A DNA stretch of 62,576 bases, counting the filler, from Sphacelaria rigidula (taxonomy: Eukaryota): the NCBI GenBank assembly GCA_964200075.2. It is 7 parts of 7 records of this genome, joined end to end, with 100 filler letters (N's around TTAATTAATTAA, not from the genome) between each part and the next. Parts side by side here need not be neighbours in the genome. Positions count along the whole stretch, not along the records: positions 17,910 to 26,763 come from CAXNAA020009932.1; positions 26,864 to 35,717 come from CAXNAA020009933.1; 5 more parts are not named here. The stretch is one strand, 5' to 3'. The notes under the pieces were generated by a model, which was not told where the DNA came from, did no database searches, and worked only from the letters and a program-made list of their open reading frames with translations. The position numbers and the translations under genes are program-made. This document shows, piece by piece, positions 21,975-34,560 of this stretch (position 1 is its first letter; every line of letters begins with the position of its first letter).

Positions 21975-23576
21975 GGGTAAACCGTAGATATTAGACACGG
22001 GGGCTACCCAGCATTTCTCCCACAATTCCCATGGGATGACGGAGTACAGAGAGTGCGAGGGTAGGGTACTACGGTGCGCGGGAGGTAGTACTTACCCGAT
22101 CGTAGGCAGAGGAAATTCATCTCTTGCCTTCAGATCTGACGGACAGGATGTAATCCTAAAACTAGTGGATGTTGACCTTGTACCTAGTGTCCGTCATCAC
22201 CTTTTGTCACACACGAGGGTCCAATACATGGGACACACCTACACTGGTTTTCGTGATGGTTTCAGGGTAGACCTCGATTCAGGAAATGCACGCCCGCCGC
22301 CTAAATCAAAGCGATAGTGACAAGTGTGCTTCGGCATATGCTGTTATTGCCCCGGGGGCTCCGCCTAGCCCCCAGACCGCTGACATCAACGAGTTCCACT
22401 GTTCCCACGCTCACGTCCACGAGGATTTACTGAGGAAGACGGCGAAGCAGCAGGGAAAGCAGCTGGCTGGGGAGCTGCAGCCCTGCCGCGGCTGCTCAGA
22501 GGCGAAGGGACTGCGGGCACCGATTCCAAGATCGACGCACACGAGAGCAGCTAAGTCAGCGTCCAGGGTGTTCGTAGATCTTTCTGGGCCGAAACCAGTC
22601 AAGTCTAACGGGGGAAAGTCGTACACGATGATTGTCCGAGATGATCACTCACGGCACACAAAGCTGTATTTCCTCCGTAAGAAGGATGAGGCAGAGAGAT
22701 ACTTCGCGAAATACATTGCATGGGTCTCTCCGAGAAAAGTTGAGATAGTTCGTAGCGATGACGGGGGTGAATTTTCGGAGGGTGCATTCGGTGAACTGTG
22801 CGACAGGGAAAAGATCAAGCAGGAGAAGACAACTGCCGACTCACCCCAGTTCAACGATGTTGCAGAGCAAGCGTTAGGTATCATCGAAAAAGCAGGCATT
22901 GCGGCCAGAATCCAAGCGTCTGAGCTGTACCCCGACGAGGGCATCCCAAATGGTGACAGCCTGTGGGCTGAACAGGCGAACTGGGCGTGTCACGCCCTGA
23001 ACTGTACCGCTACCTCGGCTAACCCGCACCACCCATCACCGCATGAGATGTGGTGTGGATCACCACCGGAAGATGATCTTATTGCGATCTTATAGCCTGG
23101 TTTTTGTAGGAGGAATCGAACAAATAAATGACAGCCGGAGGCCGAAAAGTGCTGGTACTTGAGCCCAGCCGAGGGCTACCCACGTGACCCGATGTGAGTT
23201 CTGACTGTACGAGGAACTATCTCCGTGACAAGACATGTAACATGGGCACGTACGTCCGCTGCTCCCCCCCGCACAATACAGCAAGCGATCCAGACGCCGG
23301 GCGAGCTAAAGGTTTCTAGCGTCGATCAAGGCCAGGATGTGGGTGAAGACCGGACGGAAAGCTCGGCAGTGGACACTTCGCCCAGCGGTTCCTCAAGCGC
23401 GCCATCCTCCCCGCCGAGTTCCGTTGGTGGAAGGGGCGGAGCAGCACCGCAGATCCCCGTCAGCAGTGGAGGGGGCAAGTGCCTTCACCGTGCCCGCGAG
23501 GGGGGGAGGCAAGGCCGGGAGAGACCAGAGATCCCCGTTCCAGATTTTGTCAACGGAGGGGGTGAGATGGAGCCGG

Positions 23577-23617
<41 letters not shown>

Positions 23618-25790
23618 ACGCTAGCATCAGCGCCGACGCCGACACCAGCACAGACGCCGACACCTACGCCAACATCAGCGCAGACGCCGATACCTACGCC
23701 GACGCAGACACCAGCGCAGACGCCGACACCTACGCCGACGCAGGCACCTACGCCGACGCTCACATCGGCATCGGACACTGCCTCGTCGCCCGCACTGTCA
23801 CCCTCTTCCACGGGTCCCTCGCAAGATGGCGGGGGGGACGGCGATGCTCCTCAACTCCCGAGGACCGAGCAACGCCGTCTTGCGTGGGCTGACCGGGTAC
23901 CAACATCAAGGGCGGGGCGTACGAGGAGCCAAACGCGCGAGGCAATGGGGTCGGTGCACGCACGAGACGACACGCTGGTGGCTGGCGGAGCGGAGGAAAG
24001 CAAGGAGGAAGCAGAGATGGCGCTGGCGGGAATGGCGGATGACAAATGCTCAACCATGGAGCTGATCACCGCGGCAGCAGGACAGGTGGCTGGGCAAGAC
24101 GCAATCGTTTCGACTCAACACGAGTCAGCTGAAAACGAGTTTTTTTGTTTTGTCGCTGAGGAAAACAGGGTAGGGCGGCCTGAATTCGGTTTGCGTTCAC
24201 CAGTTGGCCTACACGAAAGCGAAATAGAGGCAGCACCAACCAGTATGGATGACATTGCCAAGTCAGAATTTCGAGAGGCATGGTTGGGCGCGATGCAGGC
24301 CGAGCTAGGAGGTCACGAAAAGGCTGGAACATTTTCGACTGGCCCTGTACCGGAAGCAGCAAATGTGATTTCAGTGAAGTGGGTTTTTAGCTGAAAGACT
24401 GACGCAGACGTTACTGTAACGAAGGCAAAGGCAAGGTTGGTAGCGCGAGGATTTGGACAACGTTTTGCAGTCGACTATTTCGAAACTTTCGCGGCAACGC
24501 CCTCCATGGCCTCCATCAAACTGGTCATGGCAGTGGCAGTTCAGGAAGAGTGGCCGCTATACCATTTTGATGTGACACAGGCTTTTGTTTAAGTGGAAAT
24601 GGACACTAATGTATACATGAGGTTGCCTGAAGGTTGCTCCGTTTTTGACAGACGTGACCGTAAAGCTTGAAAAATCTATTTACGGGATCAAGCCAGCAGG
24701 CAGGCAGTGGTCTCGTCTCCTGTGTCAAACTTTACTGGAGGATGTCGGGATGGTGCAGTGCGAAGCTGATCCATGTGTTTTTAATATGGAGGATGCAGAA
24801 GACGTACGTGTGATTTTAGTTGTCCATGTGGGCGACATCCTTATCAGTGGTCCTGAGGAATATGGAGGAAAGGTGGGTCAAATTCTTAACAAACATTTCC
24901 CAACGAACAATCTCGGAGAGGTAACCTGGTACATGGGGTGCGCGGTGGATAGAGACTGGGATAGAGGCACGCTGTCTGTAACGCAAACCACGTTCACGGA
25001 CACGCTCCTGAAGCGCTTTGAGGTGAGGGTGTACTCGGAAATCCCTGCCTCTGTTTCTGTAAAGTTGGGGCCGACAACGGGCGACGACAAAAAGGTGAAT
25101 CGCCCATACCGTAACCCAGTGGGGGGGTTGATGTGGCTGGCAAAAGTCACCAGACCCGACATCGCGAATTCGGTGCGAGTGCTTGCTCGGCAGTCGCATG
25201 ACCCATGCGAGAGGCACTGGGGAGCTGTTGTGAAAGTGTTGAAGTGCCTAAATGAGACGAAGGGTTTGGGACTTACGTTCAAGAAAGCTCATAATGGGCT
25301 TTCAGTCTACTGCGATGCAGATTACGCCAAGAAGGAAACGGATAGGCGTTCGGTTTCAGGGGTAGCCGTGATGTACGGTGGTGTGGTAGTGTCGGCAACG
25401 AGCCGAACGCAACACCGCGTAACTCTGTCGACTACGGAAGCAGAGCACGTTGCAACGGCCGATGGGGCAAAGGAGGGATTGTTTGTGAAGGCAGTGTTGA
25501 CGTTCTTGTGACCGCAGACTGTGTCGGTAAGCGGGGAAAACCAAAGTATTCTTTTGTACGACGATAACGAGGGAGCAAAAGCTCTGGCCGAAAATCCTCT
25601 CAGTTCCGAAAGGAGTAAGCACATAGACGTGAGATATCACTTCATTCGAGAGCTGGTGGGGACGGAAAAGGTCAGGGTTGTACATGTAGGCTCAGGATGG
25701 TAGCATGCAGATATTTTGACGAAGCCTCCTTCGATCAGCCTGTTTACGATGCACAGACGTTTTTTTATGAACTTGGAAGGTGACAAGTAG
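21975..25790 (+). pseudogene. Copia pol (protease, integrase, RT, RNase H), disrupted
   Basis: ILDTGATQH; H...H..C..C; VFVDLSGP, VRSDDGGEF, PQFNDVAE; KWVF, KARLVARGF, KSIYGIK, VHVGDILI; YCDADYA..DRRSVSG, LSTTEAE, SKHIDVRYHFIRE, ADILTK. Confidence 0.93.
23579..23765 (+). repeat. (TCA)13 microsatellite plus Pro/Thr-coding minisatellite in the IN-RT linker
   Basis: Encodes S13 followed by APTPTPAQTPTPT repeats, in frame. Confidence 0.9.
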
Positions 25791-26087
25791 GTACGTTTTT
25801 TGTGTGTACCATTGTGCTCGTGCCGGGTATTTATAGATGTTCAAGTGATGCATTTATGGGCATTTTGGGTTAAGCCACCCACGCTACTTTGAGGGGCATG
25901 GGTTCGGTGAGGCGTTTCCTGACATGTCGTGTATCTGCCTTGACCGGCGTCCATGAATTATCTAGATGGAGCACAAGCTGTTGAGGGGAGGGGGTTTTGC
26001 CCGGATGGCCGGGTTTCCCCCTTGAAACTTTCCGTTTTTGTTTTGAGAGAGAAAGCCACGACAACTGATGTACCGGTTCAGAGGGGG

Positions 26088-26322
26088 TGTTCATATGAAC
26101 AGGTACACTGAGTGAACATGCACACGTGCGGATAGATTAATGCGGACGTGCGGGTACTGGTACTCAATTGTGTGTGACTACAGCACCCTGCTCACGGCAG
26201 CTACGACGCTGCCTGCTGAGCCCACTCAACATCTGATCCCTCAGTCATAGGGTCGACTTAGTCTAGGCACTCTCCAACAATACAAAAGATAAAACTATCC
26301 TTCGTCACGGGCCACGGAATAC
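26088..26322 (+). repeat. Copia 3' LTR
   Basis: Starts TGTTCA after the PPT; homology to the 5' LTR ends at GGAATAC. Confidence 0.9.
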
Positions 26323-26705
26323 TCCCTGCCCTCTGAATTTGCAGTTGCGACGCCCCCTGCGCCGCTAGATGTGTTGCTCCCCCGATCCTACCGGAGTGCA
26401 GCGCGTACTCCGTCGGGTCCCTCCCTGTACTGAATATTATTTGCCTGAGCGCGCTCGTCGCACGTGCCCGAGTGACTGCTACCCATCCGGTCGTACCTAC
26501 GGTCTGCATCGATGGAGCTTCTCCCCCCAACTCCGAGTGGTAGTCAAGCAGCTTGAGGAGGAGCTCTAGCGCCCCTGCGTTTTCAGATCTTTCGGCGCCC
26601 CGCGCACTTCCCCCTACTCTTGTTCGAGTTACCACCGCCCCTAGGCGTTTTTGGTCCGCCTTGGGGGCTCTAAAACGCACCTCGACCCTACCGGCCATGC
26701 CCCTG
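26323..26705 (-). pseudogene. Tyrosine recombinase C-terminal fragment of DIRS/Ngaro type
   Basis: VRFRAPKADQKRLG and GRDPTEYALHSGRIGGATHLAAQGASQLQIQRAG contain the K.DQ and H-S-x-R-I-G-G-A-T motifs. Cut by the copia LTR just before the expected GRW.S...Y. Confidence 0.85.
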
Positions 26706-26708
26706 GAG

Positions 26709-26763
26709 CAATGCTACGGTAGGGGTGCACTTTTTTCGCGAAATTTTGTCTGGTTCAGGGGCT
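26709..26763 (+). mobile_element. Left end of the CAATGCTACGGTAG MITE, truncated at scaffold end
   Basis: Matches 2486-2540. Confidence 0.85.
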
Positions 26764-26863
26764 NNNNNNNNNNNNNNNNNNNNNNNNNNNNNNNNNNNNN
26801 NNNNNNNTTAATTAATTAANNNNNNNNNNNNNNNNNNNNNNNNNNNNNNNNNNNNNNNNNNNN
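26764..26863. other. Artificial scaffold-joining linker
   Basis: N44-TTAATTAATTAA-N44. Confidence 0.97.
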
Positions 26864-27999
26864 TGGCGATACCAACAAGATATCTAACGCAAGGATCCAT
26901 ATAAAAGAGGTACTTGTACCCGGAATCTCGGGTTAGATTTGTGTTGATATCCGACGACCCGAACCGTAACTAGTTGTCCCGCTAATTTGCTACCAGAGAA
27001 AAAACTCGCACAATGCAAGCAGCCAGGCTGTGCATATTTCCAACAGGGTCTTCAAACCTCATTTCATTGATGAAACTCATTATATAGAATCTCCTGTCAA
27101 TTGTGAATAAGCACAGTGTTTACTCTATATAAAAGAAGTTACATTTTTCCTGATCCGACCCACACGCCAGAAGAACCCCCCCTCCGAAAGTTAATGTTCG
27201 GAGCATGCCAGTGTTGACTCTACACAAGCACGGGTTGGACACCATATCATGGTTCGATACTTACCGCCCAGGTGGGAATGGTGCCAGTTCAGTGGGCACC
27301 AGGCTAGCGGGCCCCAAACACAATCATTAGTATCGAATCCATTTGAGCTCGACGTTACCAAGTGTAGAGTCAGCCTCCGCGCCAGTTGTCAGGTGGCATG
27401 CCGTGAGCCGCGCAGGCTGCAGAACAACATGTGTTGCATGAAGGTCAGGCTTACATTTTGTGAAGACCAGAGAATCCTCTAAGATCGCAGACCGTGATGG
27501 CGTAGATGCTCTTGTATTATTGGCGTACAGGCTAACTTGTGCTTCGCTAGTTGAGGTGTATAGTCCAAAACGCTGTAGCACATGGGGGCAGCCAGCTCAA
27601 TCCAATCACACACTGCAGTATGACCCATCAGGTACTAAGCATGACAAAGTATGACATATGGAACCTAGTCAACTGGAAAATGACCAGAAAATCTGTAACA
27701 TCAATACTGTTTCGCTCATGAACCCTGAACTTCAGAGCAACAGGCCCGCGTGGCGCCGATGGCAAAAACTCATGCGCGAGTATCGTACACAGTCTCGCCA
27801 CCATCGCCAGCCTTACCACAATCATAGCGACTCTCGCTCAAATCGCGACCGCCGCCACACCACCAAAACCGTCTCAGGTACTCGCCATAGAGATAGTTAT
27901 TTCCGCCCCTCTCAGCCTTCGCATGGCCATCACCAGCGAACGAGGCCGACTCATGACAACTCAAACCCCAATGCCAGAAACCCAGGCTCTTTCATCACG

Positions 28000-30900
28000 G
28001 ATCGCAACGACCCATGGCACACTGACGATGGCGTAAAGTCTTCGGCGCCGCCGATAGCAGAATCGAAGACTCATCCGACACCCACCGCCGCTTGGGTGAC
28101 AAAACGTTCTCACCCGAACTTTTCCACACTATGTAGGAGATCTAATGACTGCCGTTCTTCTCGACCCCCGTCTCTATCTTCATACACACAGCGTAACCGT
28201 TGCGTTGACTTACCACTCAGCTCTATGCTTGGCTCCAGAAATGGTCCTCCGGAACTAAGTATAAATATGAGGTGTGAGAAGACCGACCGCGGACCCTTGA
28301 GGCACAGGCTTCCCTCAACGACCGCACGCACCGGTTATAGCAGACTTCCTCCATCTGGTTCTGGTGTTGACGGTTCGAAACTGACGAGTTCAAACCCTTC
28401 GACTTCTACCCAGTCTGATCGCAGTCGTTTTTCGCGCCACTCTTCTGCCGCGAAACTACCCCGACACACAGCGGACAACATTCGTCCCCTTGCACATTTA
28501 GTAGTGCCCTTTGTACCGAGTTTGCCAGCGGACAGTCCACAAGTTTCGGCCAAGCATGCCTCGATGCTGACAACATCACTTCAACTGGAAGCAGTTGCAG
28601 TTTCCCGAGAAGTTTTGCAAGTTCCCAGCCATTTGTCACGGCACGAGAGGAAGCCTCGTCGTCATGCCCCCAAGGTAGGGCGAGCATTGACACGCCCCCC
28701 TCCCGTCAGCAGAAAATTCCGACCTCATTCTCCCCCAAAAGCGGCGACTCTGAGCTTGATGGCATTGCCAGGCATCCAAGAGGAATCCAAATCAGACGTT
28801 TCAGACGGTACCGCTCCCTCCCCTGATGGCCCCAGTGGCACTTCGCAGCAATCTATATTAATGATGACACTTGTACTTCCAAGCCAGTCATCTACGAGAT
28901 TGATCAAAATCCTGATTCACGATGCCCTTCACGATCGAATCAGACCCCCGCGCTGTCTACCGATACCTTCGAACCCCCCGCAGATCACCCATCATCCGTT
29001 TTCACAGTCAGTCCGACTAATCCTGACCAATTCACGTTATCTGAACATGACCCTGACCTCTTCGGTGGTAAAGTGTCCGTTGATCCTGCCACCTTCACTA
29101 CCCGTGTCGCATTACACTGCGGACCTTACGCCTCCACGCGCGCCAAGTGTATCTCGCTATTAGACAGCGGTAGTCGACTAATGCCGAGATAGCCCTCCCA
29201 CAAAACGTGCACCGGCACCATCCAACGAACCGACTGCGATCCCACTATTGGGCCCGTTTGCAGCAACTTCGCCCACATGAGAGGCATGTAGCAGTCCGAA
29301 GTCAGCTATAACGCCCAAATGAGTCGCGTCGTGCAGCACGAAACCAGCTGTAAAGGCAGTTATGACCATCGCCTCCGTGCACGTTTTTGGCCGGTTTTCG
29401 GGGGGGGGCTATCTGGGCAGCAGTCAGTCCACAAACATTCATCAAATAATCCATGTGTAATCATATGAAGCAGACTAGCGCTGCTTCCGATGTCTGCGAA
29501 ACCACCACCCAACCTCGCGTTTGAGGCGGTTTCGGCGACTCCAAATAACCCTTGACACGAAAATCTGTTCGTCTCAGCGTGCAATTTTTCCACCACGATA
29601 CACGTTCGGCTAGTCTCGCAGTCTGGGCTTACATCGTCCCTGACAGCACTATGCATCATGCTCTCCTCCTTGGCAGGGATAGTTACATGCGGTTCGACCA
29701 ACAAACATACCGCACCCTTCCACCATTATCGCTGAAGTTGGTGCCTCGTGGAGAACTCCAACTAGAACACTTTGGTAACCTCAATGGTGCCTTAGCCTAC
29801 AAAACGAATAAGCAGGCTACCGGAGCGGCTCACCACCTTCGGTACAATGGCAGTTCTGGTGTCACCCTTTCCGATGAGCTTCAACTCTTCGAAGTTTCGC
29901 TTGTTCGCCGCAACGGTATGCCTGCCCTCACCGGCCACTAACTTGCGGAATCGCTGCCTAAAGTTGGTGCGCCCGCTGGCACTGAGCATTTTGTCTCGGA
30001 CGGCGAACAATTCCTGCCTCTCACAGGCCACGCTAATCTGAAACCTGGCGATGCCTTGAGCATCGCCGCGGCTCCTCTTATGCACATTCCTCTATTTACC
30101 TGTGTAGCCGACCCTCCGGCGCCTGATCCCACACCGCCGACTGATGGTTATGTTCACTGCGTTGATGAGCCATACTTTGATCTATCCCCCTCACCCCCGA
30201 CTCGGATTTCTGCGGTGGAATCCGACCGACCCCCTGCTGAACCTCCTGATGGAGTGCTTCAACGCTTATCGGTCGAGTCTCGGGAACATTTCCTGCAAAT
30301 GTGGCACCAACTTCCTCCTCATTTGCGTGATATCCATTTTGACCTAGATGATCCGGACTAGGAGCCCGCCGTCATCCAAGAGCTACAAGATGTTCTCCTG
30401 GAATATCAGGACAGATTTTCACGATCCAAGACGGATCTCGGGCATTGTAAAACATTGCCATTCGAGATCACTCTGCAACCTGGCGTTTCGCCAATCTCAT
30501 CTCGACCATATTGAACGAATCCCCTCCTCACCAAAAAAGTCAATGCTATTTGGATGCATACTTGGGAGCTGGTCTGGTTCAACACTCGTCTTCCCCATGG
30601 GCCTCACCCCTCGTGGCCGTCCCCCAGAAAGATGGCAACATACGCATCACCGTGAACTACAAATGGCTGGACCGCGTCACTGTCGTGGGAAACCTCCCCA
30701 TACCTCGCATCGACGAAGTCTTCGACTCTCTCGGCGAAGGAAAATATTCAACACTTTCGATCTGGCCTCTGGATGTTTCCAAAATACTTTTCACCCCGAT
30801 ACCGTTCCCTTGACAGCGTTCTGTACATCTTCAGGGCTTTATGAATGGTTTCGTATGCCACAAGGCGCTGCCACCGCACCTGGCTGCTTTCAACGCCTCA

Positions 30901-33900
30901 TGCAACGCGTTACTGACGGTCTCGAGCATGTTATCATGTATCTACACGATGCTATCGCTTTTGATGCCTCCCCCAAGACGCATGTTCGCACTCTAGGGAA
31001 TTTCTCTCCCGCTTGCGTACACACAACTTGAAATTGTCTCCATCCAAAGCTCGACTCGGAGCCACTGAATTGGATATTTTGGGACACTCTACCTCTCCTG
31101 CTGGATTGCACCTAGACACGAACAAGGTCAAGGCTATGACTGATATGCCCATGCCCACCAATATTTCGCAGCTTCGCTCACTGCTGGGTGGACTTTCATA
31201 TTATCGCAAAATTTTGCCCAACTTGTCCAAGCGGATCCGGCCCATCACCGATTTACCGAAGAAAAACGTCCCGTTTGTCTTCACTGACGAAATGGAACCA
31301 CCGTCCGCGAACTGCTCAAAACACTGACCGAAAAACCGGTTCTTTCTTTTTCGGATTGGGACGCGGTACAAGACGGCTCGCGTCTTTTCCGACTACACAC
31401 CGATGCTAGCATAGATGGGTTCGGCGCAGTTTTGAATCAGCCCCAATTGGATGGCTCTGTCCGATCTATTCTGTACATCAGCCGCGCAACACTCCCGAAC
31501 GAAGCAAACTGGAGTCCCACTCGAACTAGAAGGCGGAGTCATAACCTGGGCTATTAAAAGGCTTCGACAGTTCTTGTTCCACGTGCATTTCCACATCTAT
31601 ACAGATCACGGAGCTCTTGAACAACTAGCCAAGGTTGGAGAACATAACTCCCGCGTACAACGGTGGCTGGAGTTCTTGACTGCCTACCAGTACACTGTTA
31701 AACACCGACCGGGCAAAACCAGCGGCAATGCTGACCTTCTTTCGCGATTGCCTCTGCCCCCTACAGCGGTAGATTTCAGTCCCGCTTGCCGCTTTTCTGA
31801 ACCTGATGAACCAGGCATCTACCCCATTCGGCGTTTTTCTACGCCCATCTACGCGCTTGACCTGCGATGCCCTGAAGGTCTGCACATGGGGGCCCCCCAC
31901 CTTCTGCCCCCTGATGCAGTTTTGGATGGCTTAGCGCCCACAGCTGTTGATTTTGCCGACTTCCGCACTTTCGGCCCTCGCGCGAACATCTCGGCGCCGC
32001 CACCACCAACTGTTCACCTCATCTCCGACAACACGCGTTCTCGGTCGGCAGCTCCCGCAAATTCTTCGCGTGCCGTGATACCACCGCCGCCGTCGGCCGC
32101 TTCTAGCAATGCGTCGCCGCCGCCGCCGCCTCGTTCCCTCACGAGCCGTACAGCACCTACCACAACCGGCCACGCGCCCACTATTGTACCAACAAAGTCC
32201 GTGCCCCTTGCGCGCCCAACGCGCCGATCACGTTCACCAGTTCGTGCTCCCCCCCCGCAGCCTTCTGGGAATCTCTCTGCACCTGCGCCTCTGACTCGCG
32301 ATTCGCGTGCGTCAGATCCGCTTCCGGACCAAAATATTGACGTCAGCACCCCTGCTTCTTCACCTGTGCCACCCGCCCCTGAGCCACCATGCTTGGTTGG
32401 CTCTTCGGCTGAAGGACAACTTCGAGAATTTCTCGCTAGCTACTCTCACCGCGATTGGGCTCGCGACCAAAAACAGGACCGCTCTGTCGCGCGACAATGC
32501 GGTACTTACGGCTTAACTGCCCCACCCCCTTCCCGGCTGAGATCCTGACCCCCGTGGGCACTCTACCCGCCTCCACCGCCTCTGAAGTGCTCGAGCTGGC
32601 ACGCAAAGGTACTATCTTCGCGACCGACGACGACGTCCATTTGCTTGTTCGCCGACCCAACTCCTATTCGGACACGGCTGCCGCAGTAACAACTGCCGCT
32701 CCGGCACATATGCGTCATGACGCCCCTATCCGCATCTATGTCCCTATCATGATACGTCCGTGGGTCATGAAAGGCTGTCACTCTGATTTTTCCTGCCATT
32801 TAGGCGTCATGCGCACGTTAGCGCTCCTTAAACGCTTTTATTGGTGGTTCGGCATGGAAGCATCCACGCGTTTTTGGGCCAACGATGTTTCAAATGTCAG
32901 GCTCGCAAAACCTCTCGACAGACTGTACAATGGCCGGTGATTTCCATGGAGCTTCCAAACGCTCCTGGTCACTTCGTATCGTTTGACTACCTACATTCTA
33001 CTTTTCACCGAGCGATTCAGCTGTCACGCGACTATGTACGCTGTTACTGCTAGCGATTTCACTGCTGCCGGCACAGCCGACATTCTCTTCCATGACTACA
33101 TTAAGCACTATGGCTGCCCGAAACGGCTCCTCTCCGACAATGGTCAACAAGTTTGCTCCGAACTCTCGGATGCTTTGTACAAGCTACTCGGCATTCGCAA
33201 AATTGCCACAAGCGTCTACCACCCCAACCGTAACGGTGGAACTGAACGTGTGAACCACACGATGGCTCAAATGCTATCCATGGTCGTAAACGACCGTCAG
33301 AATGACTGGGACCTTCATCTTTCGTACGTCATGCTGTCTTACAACAACTCGGTTAACGCGGCTACTTGCCTCTCGCTACCCTCGTCTGCCAATCACCGTT
33401 TCCGAAAGACATACCTTCGATGGTCACCAAGGTCAGGAACAGGATCAGCTGGGTCTACCACGACCTCGCCAGCGCTCGTCAGCGCAAGACTTTCACTTTG
33501 GTGTGCGAACAACACGCTATCAACGCCTCACGTCTTGAAAGATTCAATACCGCCCTCTACAACTTGACGCACAAACACCCTAGATGGAAAATCGGCGATT
33601 GGGTGTGGATCAACAACAGTTTGTCCATCATCCGTCAAGGCGCTGACCGCACTGCCCAGGCAACAGTCTTGAAGACCAGACTGTCCATTAATTGGACGGA
33701 TCCGTTCAAGATTCCCATAGTAGGGCCCTCGCCAACGTCTCCAGACGGCAAGCCTATTGGCGACAAACTCCTCTACCGCGATATACCTCGTAACCTCCAG
33801 GGACATGACGCTAAGTCTCGCGTCTCTGTGCATCGTTGCAAGCCTTGCATGAACCCGCATGATACTACTGACATGCCTCAATACCTGCCTGCAGGTCTCA

Positions 33901-34560
33901 CTCAACACGTGGTCAACAGCTACTCAACAAAATCTCCACCGTACCACGTTACCACCGATGACGTGACTGAACAACGTCTCCGCTTGGCCGTGTCCCACAT
34001 TTCCGGCCACCAAATCACTCGAGGTCCTGGTGGCAAAATTGCTGTTATGTACAAGACACACTGGCAAGGTCTTCGGCATGCGTCTTGGGAACGCGAGTCC
34101 GACCTTCAACTGCACTGTCGTGCTATCCTTCTCTATTGGACACAATCTCCACAGCAACAGCTCGCTGACAGCAAGGGATATCGCAACATGAGACGCGGAG
34201 CTGCGGCCCGCGTACTCCACCGCAACAAAGGACTACGTTTTGTAGCCAATGGTTACGAAATCGTACCCACCAAATAATGGGACGAAAAGATTCGCGCAAA
34301 ACAACAACTGCTCCCTAAAGGTGCCTACTTGTGGTATAAGGGCAGCGATTACCTCTCGTGGCTAGGTCAGATCCACTCCGTCGGTGCCCTCGCGGCCGAC
34401 ACGCACATCGTGCCTTTTCTCGACGACCCCGGGCCCGTTCAGCTCCAGCTTCGCCCCGATTTATACACGACCAGCCCCTCCGCTCCCCGCGGTTCCTCGT
34501 GCCTACAACGCTTCAAGTCACACGGCTTACGCCGAGGCCTTCAGTGCAATATCGATCGTA
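28000..34560 (+). mobile_element. Decayed Ty3/gypsy retrotransposon, second family; 5' boundary uncertain, LTRs not identified
   Basis: Protease LLDSGS (~29155) and HALLLGRD; RT PWASPLVAVPQKDGNIRITVNY, RMPQG, MYLHD; RNase H HTDAS.DGFGAVL, YTDH, NADLLSRLP; integrase H...CHLG..C..C, LSDNG, NGGTERVN; chromodomain YKTHWQG...SWERESDL. Confidence 0.9.

Larger units (their letters stand above)
20165..26322 (+). mobile_element. Near full-length decayed Ty1/copia LTR retrotransposon
   Basis: LTRs at 20165-20410 and 26088-26322; PPT AGAGGGGG before the 3' LTR; order gag, PR (LDTGAT), IN, RT, RH. Multiple stops and frameshifts. Confidence 0.95.

Noticed and set aside
23337..23624. Poly-His protein
   Set aside because: Alternative frame of the (TCA)13 microsatellite in the copia linker.
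20165..26705. Copia carrying a tyrosine recombinase as a novel hybrid element
   Set aside because: The recombinase lies outside the 3' LTR, on the opposite strand, and is truncated by it.
27658..29163. 501-aa ORF as an independent gene
   Set aside because: Ser/Arg/Pro-rich with no recognisable domain; it overlaps the decayed gypsy gag region and is probably a mosaic of shifted frames.
3379..34277. Alternative genetic code or programmed readthrough explaining stops in pol genes
   Set aside because: All three stop types occur, replacing both Trp and Gln codons, together with many frameshifts; this is ordinary decay.
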